Source: Takakia lepidozioides (lineage: Eukaryota; Plantae; Bryophyta). Taken from it: a DNA stretch of 64,000 nt. Under the pieces are notes generated by a model. The model did no database searches, was not told the DNA's origin, and saw nothing but the letters and a program-made list of their open reading frames with translations. The position numbers and the translations under genes were made by a program. This document shows, one piece after another, positions 13,289-27,269 of this stretch. Each line of letters starts with the position of its first letter. The stretch's first letter is position 1. The stretch spans positions 6,882,001-6,946,000 of the forward strand of contig CM060731.1 in the NCBI GenBank assembly GCA_030704615.1, in the 5' to 3' direction.

Positions 13289-15136
13289 GGCATAGGTGCA
13301 TATCTCACCGGTAGATTCAGTGTTTGGTGCCTCATGCCATATGGATTGCATGGGCTGGCTTTTCATTAAAAACCCAGCAATCTTGTTGTCAAGTGCAGGC
13401 TATATTCTCTAATGGCATGGCCATGCTCTGTCTGCTAGATGTGTCTTTCTTTCCATCCTTTGTTCTTGTTGGATTGTGTGGCTACAATGAAATGAGTTCA
13501 TTCTGTGAAAGGGGTTCAAAACAAGGCATGCTGAAATGGCTTGTGTCAATGTTGAAATAGTTCAATAGTATGTGTTGTACTCAGAAGCAGACTGTGTAAT
13601 AATCAAGTAGTGTTTTCACAGCTCTAGCAGTACAAGGCATGGCCTTAGCAGACCCTTGTGCCCTAAAGTGAATGCTGACAATTGGGTATGGAGTATAATG
13701 GCGACAAATTGAAGGCACTGTGTGGTGGCAGTGCCAGGTTTCCAAAAATTCTTAGTCGCCACAGGAGATCTTGCCAGTCAACTAGAGCTGATTCTGTATT
13801 GTAGCAACTGAGACATTGCTGTAGTGATTGAAGCTTTTTTTGGTTTTGGCAAGCCTCATGCATGTGAGTATGTGCTAAACTGCTAGTTCTCAACATGTTT
13901 GCAGCTCATAAATAAATGCATGTCTGGCAGCATATCAGTTGATAAATATATGGTTGGAGCCTGCCAGAAGGTAACCCCCTCCCTTCAGAACTTGTTGCTG
14001 TTTGTAGCTATGACGAGACAGCCACAACGACTTCATCTCTCTCATCACTCATCTCTGTCTCTCACTTATTTTATGATGTGGAGTTATTCACTTACATATC
14101 CTCAAAACTTTTCTGAAGATGGGAGTGAAACATCTGGTAAGGCCTGGGAAGTAGTAAGGTTTGTAGTCATGGTGTCAACAAGCACACACGTACAGTTTTG
14201 CCAGCTTAAATGCACTGCCACTGATGGCCCCCAGAAGTGTCCAACATACCTGTTACCAATTTACCAGGGCTCTAGTTCTACGTGTAGCCATTATGTGACA
14301 AGGGCGAAATTTAAGCAGTAGTGGATGGAGTCACCTGTTCTTTTGGTGAGGACCAAAGACTAGCATTGATTGTGGAGGTGAGGGTCTTAGTTTTGACAAT
14401 CTCAATTGCAGGAGAACCAACAATACAATAATGTGTTTGCAAACGAAAGACATTTCAACTGAAATCTACAAATAGTTACTCCTTGAGGGCATTTAAAGTA
14501 GGATTCGTGCAAAGTTAATGAGGTGCATAAATGCACTTGAAGGTGTGTGCTGAGTGCCGAGTCCATAAACAAGGTGCCATAAACATGGGCACTTCGCCCT
14601 CCAGTCTTTGTGAGTCAGGAATGCCCCCCTCCCTTTGTAATCCGGGTTTTCGGTTGTCGGTAGTGCTTGATGAATGCTTGTTTGTGTTGGATGGAAGAGC
14701 CCGCAAAGCTGTGACTCGATATATTTAGCTCGAACACTGTGACTGACAGCTAGTTGCTGTCCAGGTCGTGAGAGGTGGCGAGTGGGAACAGAGTGGACAG
14801 TGATAACCGAACTCAAGATCCCTGTAGGAATGGATGGGATACTTATAAAAGAAATGATTAGTTGGAAGAGCATGAACTACCTGCATGTTCTTTTTGGGCG
14901 CCTTACGTGGAGGCCTTGATAGAAAATGTTCTCTTTGATTCCACATTCCGAGCAGCAAAGCTTGTCTCGTTGTGCTTGCATTAACGGCGGGTAATGATGG
15001 GTACCCGTTCACTTTGTGCAGTGTCGGAGTGGCATGATGGAACTCTGAGCTCAGGTTCTTTGGTTATTAGTTATTACATTGGGCCGAAATTGCTCACAAG
15101 TTCTATGTGGGGAGTACTGTTCAAAAGCTAGATTTG

Positions 15137-15318
15137 AGCTAGTTTTGATTATACTGCCAAAGAGCTGCCATAGATTTCCTGGCAAAAACCCAGATTTGTG
15201 AAAGCTAAGTTTTGATTATACTGCCAAAGAGCTGTCATAGATTTCCTGGAAAAAACCCAGATTTGTGAAAGCTAAGTTTTGATTATACGGCCAAAGAGCT
15301 GCCACAGTTTCCTGGAAA
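15137..15318 (+). repeat. 67-bp tandem repeat (~2.7 copies)
   Basis: GTTTTGATTATAC...CCAAAGAGCTG recurs at 15142, 15209 and 15276. Confidence 0.9.
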
Positions 15319-15938
15319 GATTAGGGAGGAGGGGATGAGCTTTATGAGCTGAATGTGGCGAGAGGGATGATCAAGACAGCTTTAGAAGCCTAGAAGGAGA
15401 GCTGCCAAAGACACCAGCAGTGGTTGGTTTCAACAGATTAATCTTCGCTGAGCCAACAAAACCAAAATCATCTCCCAAAGTGAGTGACGCCCAATCATTG
15501 TTTGTGAGGCTGTACAGTAATAGGGAATGGCCTGGTATGAGTGTGAATCCAGAGGTACACATAGAGCCATGTTAGATAGATCTATCAAATATCACCACAG
15601 TCACAGCCAACATGATGTAGCACCGTATTCCGAAAAGAGAGAGGAAAGTGCTTGATTCGTCTTCACCAAAAATATACAACAGACAGGTCTACTTCCGGAT
15701 TGCAAGAATGTTTCTATCTCCTGATATGGTCCAAGGACATGACCACCACTCTGGCTTCTTCGACAGAGCTGCTTGTACATGTCCTCTGCACTACCTATCT
15801 ATTTCCAAAAACTCTAACCTCTACTGGTGAAGGAGCGGGACTAATTCGTAGTCATCAAACCCCAACAATCTTGACCTGCCCACCAATAGTCGTGACGTTC
15901 ACGCATGCTCATCTAACAGTCCTACCCAATTTACATCT

Positions 15939-17294
15939 CTAAAATAGTAACGAGATAGACACAGACACCAAAAGTAGTAGAAGAGCCCTACTGCAATGAA
16001 CGAACACCGCAGCGTTGGGAGACTTCTCGTTAGCTGCTGGAGATTGAGCAGGCGCACCATTTCCAGCACCTTCAGGACTAGGTGGGGGTGCAGGAGGAGA
16101 GTGAAAAGATGCAGCGGCTGGGGCCGTGGCAGGCACAATTGATGGAGCTAGAGAAGGGGTAACAAAAGGGGCATTGGTCAATGGATTTGGAGTAGCAGCA
16201 GTAGGAGTTGGTGCGGAGGCACTGGGGACGGGAGTCGGAGAGAGACTGGGACCAAGTCGAGGGGAGGGTGCCGCAGCAGGGCCTGGAGCAAATATCTCTT
16301 TCGGAAGGAGCACTTTATCGACTGAAAAAATGGCAACTGGGTTTACGTCAGCCAGGGTGCCCGTTACAGTCGCATTCACAAGGCCAGTCTCAACAGTGAC
16401 CGCAGTCCCAACGCTTTTGATGTCGACGGTGTAGGTGCCAGCACCATTACTCTCAGTGGCAAGAGTGGGGGACAGGGGGCTGCTCAGCTTCTGCAAAGTG
16501 CCCAGTGGATAGTATGCTGGTAGCGCATGGTACTGCAGTATGGTTATCTTTTGAGCTGCAGTGAGCTTGCCAAGAGCGCCAGCCGGAAGGGCAGCAAAAG
16601 CAGCATCCGATGGTGCGAAAAGAACAAGACCAGCTCCTGTCTCATGCTTGGTGAAGGAATCTCCCACACCAGTGGACTGCAGGAGAGAAACCAGAGTGGT
16701 GAACTTCCCAGCGTTCACAAGAACCTCTGTTATGTTCACAGTGTCGGCTGCCGGAGGAGGTGCATTGACGCCGATAGGGACCAATACAGCGCTGAGCTGG
16801 AAGAAGCTGTAGTTGTAGGGGTACTGTGTGAAATTCGTCAGGATAGCAGCCTGCATGGGAGCGCCAGGACCGGGAGGCCCAACCTGAACAGCACCGTTGG
16901 GCATGTCTGTTATGTAAACAAAACCATCGTTCCCCTGCGCCCTCCCTGTTGTCTGATATAAAGTGGTAACCACCCCAGAACCGTTGTTCATGTTCTTCAG
17001 CTCCTCGGTGTCCAAATACTGCAACAGAATGTGATATCTCAACACATCGCCGAGCTCTTGCAAGCTGACCTTGGCATTGGCAGCAGCCACAGGGTCGAGA
17101 ACGGCATTATCAGGGCACAGCAATGTAATAGACGACCTGACGTTGATTTCATCGGCTACCTTTGTAAGAGAGAGAAGCCTGTTGAAGGTAGAATAACTAG
17201 GATGTTTGTCCAGAATCAAAGTAATGTTCTGAGCTGACACCGCTACAGCGCTCCAGAGAAGTGCAGCCAAAATGAACTGCACCTCGCACCTCAT
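15939..17294 (-). CDS. Fasciclin-like arabinogalactan protein (two FAS1 domains, predicted GPI anchor), intronless
   Basis: Signal peptide; FAS1 motifs ITLLCPDN...LRYHILLQY...TTLYQTTG and LVLFAPSDAAF...LQYHAL...IFSVDKVLLP; AP/SP/TP-rich AGP region; hydrophobic C-terminus. Confidence 0.95.
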   Translation of the reverse strand: MRCEVQFILAALLWSAVAVSAQNITLILDKHPSYSTFNRLLSLTKVADEINVRSSITLLCPDNAVLDPVAAANAKVSLQELGDVLRYHILLQYLDTEELKNMNNGSGVVTTLYQTTGRAQGNDGFVYITDMPNGAVQVGPPGPGAPMQAAILTNFTQYPYNYSFFQLSAVLVPIGVNAPPPAADTVNITEVLVNAGKFTTLVSLLQSTGVGDSFTKHETGAGLVLFAPSDAAFAALPAGALGKLTAAQKITILQYHALPAYYPLGTLQKLSSPLSPTLATESNGAGTYTVDIKSVGTAVTVETGLVNATVTGTLADVNPVAIFSVDKVLLPKEIFAPGPAAAPSPRLGPSLSPTPVPSASAPTPTAATPNPLTNAPFVTPSLAPSIVPATAPAAASFHSPPAPPPSPEGAGNGAPAQSPAANEKSPNAAVFVHCSRALLLLLVSVSISLLF

Positions 17295-18896
17295 CTTTCC
17301 TTGACTCTGCGTCTACCAAGAATCAGTTTTTCCGGGTCTTCCAAGAGAGAACTTCTACCTTGCTAGATGCACGGAAAGACAATCACGGGAGGAGAGAAAG
17401 TTTCCAAGAAAGAGAAAGAACAGCCCAGTTAACTTGCAACCAGCGAGAGCGGAGAAAGCTCCAAAGAAAGAGCTTCCGTTTACAGGGCTTCACTCGGACA
17501 AGCAAGAGCAGCTCAACAATGCAAGAGCAACTCAACAATGTAAGAGCAGAGAAAGACAGAAAAAGAAAGAGAGACACCTGTAGAAATAGCACTGAGCTTA
17601 ACAATGGAGACAACCCAACTGCAGAGAAAACGACCAGAGGATAGAGAACCCCAAAAGAAGAAGAAAACTACACTTAAACACAAAACCCAACTGCAACACC
17701 GTCCATCTTCCTTGCAGAGCACCGGTACACAAGCGAGAGAGGAGAGAGAGAGATAGACAGCAGCTGTGTTGTTGCGGAGAAGAGCCACAGCCAACTATTG
17801 AGAAGGTGGCAAAGGGGCACAGAAGAAGGCGGGTCGCGGGCTCCAACGGTCACCTCTCTCGATGACCGGCTGTGTCCAGTGAGCAGCCCGTTATCCTTCC
17901 GAGATCTCGCCACGTGCTATACATCCGACGGTATCGCTATTAATTAACTGGAAGTAATTAATTGCCTCGGGAGCCTAAGTTGTACTAATCACCCATCTAA
18001 TCTTACATGTAATTACCGTTGTAAGACACTGGGTGGAGGAGAGAGGGCGCACAGGTTTTCTGGATCTCTCTCTCTTGGCTTTCCTTCACATTTCACAGCA
18101 CTGTTTTGAAGATGCAACTCCATTCATTACTTTTTGATACCAACCCTCGAAAGGGGGCAGTAGCCGCAAGGCGAAGTGGTTCTTAGTAACGCCAGCTTTG
18201 GCTGGAGTCTTCTTTTTCTTCTACTTGTTTGATCATCCTGTACAAGATATACTTACTACGTCCCGTGTTGGTGGAGACATAGGGGAGTAACTGCTTTGTT
18301 GAAGTTGCAAATTGGTGCACTAGTTTTTTGAGGGCCAATTAGAACTTGTCAAACAGTCAGGCAGTCAGTTAGCGTTAAGCTGGACATTCACCTCACAGCC
18401 CTTGGTAAGAGAGATTTTCCCCTATCTATTTGCAGGGAAATTTGAACTCTATCAATTGCATTTAGAGTTATCATCTCTTTCATTGCAGACACTCATGTAG
18501 TACATTGCAATGCATATTGGAGTCTACCATATGCTAGTCATGTGGTGAGTGTAGAGAAACCACCAAAAAGCCATCCCAATTCCAACACCCCACCTAAAAC
18601 CGTTACCTATAAATCGTCACCCATTTCTGGCATCAAAGCATTGCAAATCCGTCAGATCATGATGTCCCAGAATCGCAAAACACATGTTTAGAGATCATTG
18701 GATGTAGAATCATAGATGGGAGACAGGACGGGGGTGTGTGTGCTAGCGTGAAAAGGCGAGCCTACTAACATGAATAAGTGAGTCTACTTCTAATCAGGTA
18801 AAAATACATAACTAATCCATAACTACTCCAAATTAGGAAACAACTTGGGATGGGTTCCAAATTACATTGCCCATATATACAAAGTAAAGTTTGTTT

Positions 18897-19026
18897 GAAT
18901 TTACAGAGCCTACTACTCAACACACAGCCCATCGAGGGGCCAATGGACGATTTGAAGGCACATGCTGATGGATGTTATGCATAGGCAAGGCACAAATACC
19001 CAACCACTGGGCTACCTGCTCAAGTG
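18897..19026 (-). mobile_element. tRNA-derived SINE, copy 2 (B box deleted)
   Basis: Shares GAATTTACAGAGCCTACT...GGCAAGGCACAAA..CCCAACCACTGGGCTACCTGCTCAAGTG with 3546-3684. Confidence 0.7.
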
Positions 19027-19149
19027 CATATATGAAAAATAACCCATTGTAAAGGAAAAACGTCTATGTAGGTGTATTTCTTATTCGAGCGGTTTCGGTG
19101 AGGTTAACTTAGCCGATTATTATCAAGTCATCATGGGCCTCGTTGCCAA

Positions 19150-22100
19150 CTACACATTGAGAGCCTTTGCGTGGTGCTGGATGTGGTCGTCCACAAAAGT
19201 TGCAATGAAGAAGTAAGAATGGTCATAGCCACTCTGCATGCGGAGATTGACAGGCATACCAACACTCTTGCATGCTTCCACAAAGTTCTCGGGAAGCAAT
19301 TGCTTCTCATGGTAGAACTTGTCTGCACCCCCCTGCCAACATCTTACCACGGTTATAAATCCTCCCATAAAAGATTTGCAACCTGTGGCAGGGACAATGG
19401 ACAGGAGAAGCACCAAGAGCAGACAGACCACCAGAAACTGGTCAGTCCCTTGATTTTTTCTCATACAACGAACTTTTGGTAAATCTCAGATCTGCAAAGC
19501 CTGCATAATCAGTACATTAGTGAGGGAGATGATCAAACCTGGTCAATAAGGATGGTCATTTTTGGCCCCTTATACTTTTTCACCAGCAAAGTCGCATCGT
19601 ATTCCTGTGTCATGATCACAGATGCTTGGGTGATCTACAATAGTATCGACTCTCCATATGACATCATTGGCATGTTGTGTGAGAGGAAAAGTGAAAGGAA
19701 AAGTAAGAATCCCTAGTATATAAGCTGATTTCCTACATAGAGCGAGGAATCATTTCCCCTGGCCCCTTCCAACCTATAAACCCTCAATTAAATGTGTCTG
19801 TCAGTGCCCCTCTGGTTCCCCTCTTGAGAGCTGAAGGGCACCACAGACATGGGAGCCACAAATCTAAAGGTATGTATATGCATGTGAAAGAGATGGCCAA
19901 CCTCCCACTGAGACTTGTCGTTGCCAAGGTAGCCACTGAAAGCCTTCACACCCCATGGGCATTGAGTTGGATTGCAAATTGGGGCAAATGCTGATACTGA
20001 CTGCACAGGAAACCGCCAACGATCAGCTTAGCAATATAAAAGTTAAGTTTATTCCTTTGTGGTCAGAGAAAGCTTTATCAGCTTCTAAGACAAAAATTCC
20101 TTTGTCTCTGAACAAGTACTCCCTTGTCAATAGCACTGAAATAACCTTATAGGAGGTCTGGAGGGGAGGGATGATACTTCTTGTTGTCACGACAACCAAT
20201 CACCAATAATACAAGAGGTATGCCAACGGGTTGCGTGAACCCTAGAGTCCACTTTGGTGCATTAAGTTCATCGGATACCACTGGTAAATATGACAACTCC
20301 AAAGCAGATGCAGAGACTGATGTGAGGTTAGATTTCTTGTGAGCCGATTGGCTCCCTCACATATATGTACACACACGGTTAAACACACGAATGTGTAACT
20401 TTGGACAGGTTGCATTTGTCCACCTAAGCTTGCTAATGCTAAAATCATTTATTATTCACACTGCAATCAGTTTTTCTCATTGGTACAGGCAAAAGGTTGT
20501 TTCGAAAGATAATATCTGAATGGCCCTGGGTTATTTTTCAAAGAATCACCCATTTAGTGCACATATGGTACCGAGCTTTGGCTAACCCACATTTTCAAGC
20601 AATTAGAGACAAACTGTTTTTTGTCTCAACTTTTACTTTCATAAATGGATAAATGAACAAGAGAGATACCTTATACTTGTTCGGGTTCTTCAAGAAGATG
20701 GTGAGGGCACCATGGCCACCCATGGAGTGGCCGAAGATGGAGGCTAGAGATGTATCAAGCTGTGGGAAGTGGGATCCCAACAGTGCTGGCAACTCTTCAG
20801 TAAGGTAATCGTACATACGCCAGTTCCTCCATTTCTCTTGTGTTGCATTCAAGTAGAATCCCGCACCTGTTTTGTTCGTCGACTCATGCAAAAAGAGTTC
20901 ATTTGGCAGTGAACAAGTCATGATGGGAGGTGTGGCCTCAATCCCACGTTTTACTTCCCTCACAAGGACTCTTACTGATGGCTGGTAGGAGTTTACAGTT
21001 GTCTGTGCCATGTTGTTAGGGTGACAGCCAACCAATCACCCCTAATGCAGTAACTATACCCTTCAGCATACAGGAACAGTGGCTGACCCAAACCTGATCA
21101 AAATAAAGGGCTAGCTTTCTCAAGTAGCTTACTGGAAAAAACTGACCACAAACTTCATGAGGAAGCAAATGAAGTTATATAAAGTTACACCACCTTCTTG
21201 CTGACTGTAATAACAGAATAAAAGATAGATATGACTTTGTAATACACTCATGATCACCGACACCAGAAGCATCTCTTCAGATGAAATAGGCAGTCTTTAC
21301 TTCCAAGTGAAACGGTTGCTGACCTTCGCCAAAGTCCCAACTGTCGGTTGCGCCTTCCACATTAAGACCTCCTGAAGAGGCCAAGGTAAAGGAGCTCCTG
21401 AGTTATTTCCTTGTCATAATCACCTCAACGATTCAGAACTTTGAATATAGAGCTCAGAGACTTGCTTAGCTATACCAGTAAACAATGCACAGAGTTAGTC
21501 TAACCAAGCATTACAAATTATCCTTACAGCATCCCTGAACACAGAAGGTTACGGGTATTGACTTACTCCCAAAACTGCTTAAAACCCCTCAAATTTCACG
21601 CAGTCCATTTTAAAGGCAGAGTCAAGAAAAGTGTCTTGATTGTTACTGTAAAGTGCTGACAATAAAGCTTGTACCTGTCACCTGCAAATTGTAAGGGAAA
21701 ACTTACTGGGAGAAGTGTCAGGTGCAACCAAAGCAATGCCGCGTGCAGCTGCAGCACGTTGTGCACCTGACTTTTGTATGAAGTTTTCATCGCTGCACGT
21801 TAGACCTGATAACCAATACAGGATCTACCCCCACAATCTCCATGTCAAGAACGCCTCATCAATAGAGTACTACTCACATCACACTTTCTGCAATCTCCTT
21901 CGACACCCTCCCAATCTCCTTCCCCTCCAAAAGATTCTGTCTGTATCACAAAGGTACTGTCTGTTCCACCCAAACTGCGTTCTATGGCCACAAGGCTATG
22001 GCAAACAACATCTTAAGTACACACACTCTCTCTCTCTCTATCAACTCTCTTAAGTCATACTACCCGCATCAGCCCCTGACAATAGTTTCTGTCCCTTTGG

Positions 22101-23630
22101 GTTCTGCCCAAACTGAGCACGGGGTCAGTGGCCAAAAGGCTATGGCAGGCAACGTCTTATGAGTACATTCTATCAACTCTCTTAAGTGTAGTTTTGCCTT
22201 ATCCACTTGTCATGTTTATCCATTAGTTGGATGGATTGACGGCATTAAATGGAATGCTTTGACAAAGGACACATATCTCTGGAAATTAGGGGTCTGACTT
22301 TAAAGCTTCAGTGATCGTAAGTCATGCCAACCTGTAAAGTCTCTCAATTCTGAAGGTTTCTCGAAGATGCCACCACATACCAACGTGATTCTATTGAAAG
22401 GCTTGAGTTGGTGGCTCTTCCATGTGCATGATCTCAGCACCTACACCTGTCCATGAAGGTGTGGGATAAGAAGAGAAGCAGCTCGGTCTGCATTCTTCAA
22501 GGAAGGATCTATCAAATGGATGGGTGAAACTAGAGATTGACAGTGATGGCCTCTTCCTCAAGCAACACTCAGGTAGAGGGCATGAGCTAACAGGAATTTC
22601 GTTGCTACCTCAGCATTTCCACATGCTAGAGCTTTGCATTTAGACATTGCTGCATTGTCCTATCTGAACAACTAGGTGAAGCCGACGAAGCCTGCTATTC
22701 CTCACTAACCACCAACTATTAATTGAGGCTCTGGATGGAGTGGGAGCAGGTGAGGCTTCAGGTGATAGCTAGGAGTGGCTGCTGTCAAATGACTTTCTTA
22801 TGCCAATCCTGTAATGGAATTTGGTTGCTTAGCCTGAGTTTGGAAACTGAATAAAAGGTATTCTTTCAATATGCTGGCTAATTCTCTATGCTATAGTGCT
22901 AATATCTATCATAGGTCTGAAATACATCGGCTCAGCAGCTTTGGCTTTGGCTTTGGCTTGGGTAGTATTTGAGGTGGTAGACTTGTTTATCTAGTGCTGG
23001 ATTATCAAGGTGGTGTTAAACTTCTCTGGCTGTTCTGATATGACAACAGTAAACTCTCTCTCACTCTTTGCTCAGCCCAAACTGGACGTGGGGTCTATGG
23101 CTACAAGGCTACTGAAGTCTCAGAAGGTGATACTCAATGGGGTTTATAGTCTCCAGGACAATTGCAAGCTGCTGATCTAATGACATGGTTGATATCCTCC
23201 ATCTCTCATCTTCTCTCTTTCTTTTTCCCTTTCAACTCCATTGTTGTACCCAATCAGACTGTCTGTATATTTTCCAACTTACTCCATATCGACCTTCTCC
23301 CTTGCTCCTGATTCCTCTCTCTGTACAACTATTTCATCTGTATCCTCCACTTTCATGAGTCCCCTTCTTTTCTCCAGTATATGAATAGCTTCTTTTAATT
23401 CAATTTCACTAGAAGAGAAAGACCATGGTTGAGTTCGTCTGGTGTATATGAACAGAAGACAAGAGAGACATAGAGGAGAATCTACCTACCGGCACTTTGT
23501 CTGAGTTTGCTGTTGGGGGGAAGTACACAGAGAACGTCATGGGGCAGCCACAAGAGCTGCTGTCATGCCTGTAGCGGCGGTTAAACCCACCGAAATGTTT
23601 GCTGCTGCTCAATTCCGTTGGAGCTGCCAT
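19150..23630 (-). CDS. SFGH: S-formylglutathione hydrolase (esterase D), 7 exons; a possible upstream in-frame ATG at 23768
   Basis: Exons read [23 protein letters not shown] / [29 protein letters not shown] / [14 protein letters not shown] / [23 protein letters not shown] / [11 protein letters not shown] / EYDAT..ILIDQ / [17 protein letters not shown]. The GHSMG nucleophile and catalytic His are present. Confidence 0.96.
22250..23030 (-). mobile_element. Possible heavily decayed LINE reverse-transcriptase fragment in SFGH intron 1
   Basis: Minus-strand traces FRPMIDIS and IRKSFDS occur in the order and rough spacing of the LINE RT motifs YRPI.L.S and D..KAFDS. There is no open frame. Confidence 0.3.
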
Positions 23631-25472
23631 CCTTTCGTCCTCCTTGGAAATAGACCCTCGAACGGCCGAGGAGAGATTATCAATACTTGAAGAACGTCTG
23701 CGGGAACAGGCCCTGAAAGGGAGGCTGCGCGATGTGTAGTGGACAACAGCTGCTAGTGTACTCGACATTCAATGACGCCTGGACAAGGACGGAGCAAAAA
23801 ATGCAATGCTCAGCCTTTGCATGGGTCTCCAATTACATTAGAGGGGAAGATAAGCAATTGCCTGCATGAAAGATAGAGAGAAACTCACGCACAAAGAAAG
23901 ACAGAGATCGATAGGATCATTAACAAATTAGTGTGTTATAACTACTGGTTCATTGCAAAAAATCGTTTGTTCACCAAAAAGAGGAGCCATGGCGAAGGAA
24001 GCTATGCTCCATTGCCAAACCCCTCCAGCACAGACAAAAGGATCCCGCCGACCCACTGGTTCATTGTACAATACACTCGTCTACAACCGAGCGGGAGGTC
24101 CGGATCTCCTACAGTTTATGCAATCGAGCACAAACCAGAGAAATTTCTCTATCATGCGGGTTCTTTGAACAATGCAGCAAGCGCCCATTTCAAAAGGTGA
24201 GCTAGCCTGCACATTCAGATCCACTCCAGACGATCCAACCCACCTCAAGCAAAAGATCTAGGGAAAATCTTACCAGCTCTTTCGCAGCATAATGGGTTCT
24301 CCCCAAAGTGCACGCAGAAAGAGATAGCTTTCCACCACAGCCAGCGAGCAGCAGCTGTACAAAGCGCAGAGTTCAGACGTTCTTACTCAGTACAGAAGTG
24401 GCAGACGACACTAGCACTGGCATACGATATAGCCCATACTTCGTATGCATCGTGCATGCGCACGATCTGATCATCGTCAGGGTCTATCGTCCTGTTTTTG
24501 AGCATCACTGAGATATTTCATTCTTCTTATCAGCAACAAACCCACTGAAAACAGTATTGAACCCAGGTCCTCCTACTATGTTTCCACAAAGCCCTAACTA
24601 CTGTCTCTGCTTTCTAGAGGAGGCAGGTGGAACAGAAGCCCTCCTATATTTTCCGAAAGGCCGAAAGGCATCCCAATGTGTGAAAAGGTTTTGTGGTTGA
24701 AAGTTGTGTTCTTGATGGGAATTGCTGTTTACGAGCTGTTGTGCATAGCCCGAAGCTGCGGTTGGTAACTCTGGAAGTGCATGACCTCCTGGGCTAGCTT
24801 AATCAGTTTGTGTCCACAGCAACATCCATCAGCTCCACGAGTTAGATTGAGCATAGCACCGGCCTTGCACCCAAACACATACAAAGTGCTTAACCCAGAG
24901 TGTACATTGCGTGTCTTGCAGTCAAGTATACTATTACACCGATGTAGTTTCGAGGTCCGGGGTATGGTGTTAGCTGCAGTATCATTCAGGTTGATTGTTC
25001 GGCTGTATGCAAGTGACAAGCTTGAGTATGACACGTTTGAGTGAGTCTCTTCAGAACTTGGCTAGCAGTTGTCGGTGGACGGTTGAACATACCCATCCCA
25101 CTGTAGCTCATAATGATATCTTCAATTACTTCAAACAGATTGACAGACTGCTTCCAGGGTTGGGATAGTTTGCAAATGACATTGTATCTCCCAATGCTTG
25201 TTGAGGGCCCACCCAGTGGAAGTTTAATCGCAGGATTTCACCACTGCAGTGATGACCATCAACAGTAACTATCCATCGGGTCGCCGACTCGGAAAAATGA
25301 ACAAATTACACGGCGTAATGGTGACCGAATTGTGCTCAGTTTCAAAGCTCTTCAAGTCCCAACCTTTACTGTGGCGAATCTGATGGATGTGCAGGGGATG
25401 CCGGCAGAAGAAAGCTGTGGTGCATTCTCCCGAAGATAAAAACACGCCTACATGCTTGGTTCTAGACATAGT

Positions 25473-27269
25473 CTACGGAAAATTCTGTCTTCTCTCAAGT
25501 GTCAGAGTGTTTCCACCCCGGAGAAGCACAGGGCTCTCTAGGGGACTCAAGAACTCATCCTGTGAAGTATCGTCTGTGTCTTGAGGCAGCAACACCCATA
25601 CTCGAATTTCACCGTCCATGCTCCCACTGTACACCAAGGTTCCCGCGTTAGTAGTATCTGTGGACGCACACAGACACTTGACGGGACCTTTGTGTCCTTG
25701 TATGGCATTGACGCATGAATGCAGGCCATCAGCCCCTCTTCTCCACACGCGTACTGTCTTATCAGCAGACCCACTAATCAGCAAATTACCTAGGGCGGTT
25801 AAGCAGAGCACTGCCAGACGGTGACCCCGCAGCACTCCCACAGGTTTCATGTGCTTGCTGGGTGTTCCATCTCTCTTCAAGACTCTAATGGTTTTGTCAC
25901 TAGATCCAGAGTACAAAATCGACCCATCCGGACTAAGGGCCAGAGCATTAATGGAGGAACTGTGGGCTTCAAGGACCGCCACTAATGAAAGGCTTGTAGA
26001 ACCTCGTTCCCAAACCTTCACTTGACTATCTGCCGAGCCACTGTAGAGGAAACCAGTCTGTTGATCAACCACCAAAGCATTCACTGCGTCACTATGTGCA
26101 TTGATAGATTCCAAGCATTTTAAATCAGAGAGGCGCCAGACCTTGACAGTTTTGTCCCAAGAACCCGAGTAGAGGACACCATTCCCGACAGCTAGGACGG
26201 AAATTGCGTCATGGTGGTCTATCCAGAGAGTCTTCTTGTGCCTGCGAACCTGTAACAGTGAACTTTCATATCAGCGGATCATCTTTCCTCGATTCGTATG
26301 ATATGATATTTTGGCGCAACTCTGGTAGCACATCTAAAGCAATCATGAATAACGCATGCTGTTCTACTTGTTAGACTGCCAAAGAAACAAGTGCAAGTAC
26401 CCAGTCGACAATGTTCACAGACTTTCTCCTCGTGCCAGGGGAGTTGTCAGGCCGTCTCAAGACACAGACGTTCAGCTCCCCCTGTGCAAGGAGGTTTCAA
26501 TTTTCTGTCCAGGGATGTGATGTCTTTAATGTCGAGGTGCTTGAAAGCTATGGCGATAGTGTTGACGTACAAATATGCGACGTGCTGAGGTCTTGATGTG
26601 GGTTGAATGGTTGAAGTTGTGTACTTATCTTCACCTTTCATGGAATGCAAACCGCAGATTCATCAGTTATGGCCGCCCGACAGTGAGGCTTACTATGTCA
26701 CTCTGTTTTTTCTCAGAACCACCCTGACTGACTCCACAGCCGCCCAAAGCGCAGACTCAAATATCGTCAGCAACAGCAAGAGCGGAAGAGAGTTGGGGCC
26801 GTGAAAAGAGGTGGAGACTAACCCGAACGTAATTCTTGGGGGGCAGACAGCTGACAAGGTAATTTTTCACAGTAGGGAGGATAGACACCAACTTGTGGAC
26901 TGATGGCTCGATGCGTGAGCGCCGCCACACCCGTATCTTCTGGTCCTGGTGCGCACTGAACACTCTCTCTCCTACCACCGCAAGAGCTTTGACTGAACCT
27001 TCCCCACGCCCAAATTTCATAGATTTCTGAGTGGCTGGTAGTTTCCATGCCCGAATGTCTCCACACTCAGATCCACTGTACAGCATTTTACCTGCAAGTG
27101 CGATAGAGAATACATGGCCCTCGTGGCCTTGCAATACCGCCAGACAACGGTGAGAACCTGACCCACCTATTGTATCGGTACTGCTCTGTTGGCAGTCGAT
27201 GCTTGTATGGGACTCGCTTACAGTGAGGTGAGATTGGGTGCTTCTTTGTGATTTCAAACCGAAACCCAT
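25473..27269 (-). CDS. WD40-repeat protein, JINGUBANG-like; 2 exons (27269-26823, 26249-25473)
   Basis: Seven WD40-type repeats (LYSGS..W). The family signatures FSAHQDQKIRVW and KNYVR/VRRHKKTLWIDHHDAIS span a GT-AG intron. Confidence 0.93.

Noticed and set aside
16126-17644. Antisense ORFs over and upstream of the FLA gene
   Set aside because: They are shadow frames of a GC-balanced CDS and a CT/GA-rich 5' region, with no independent support.
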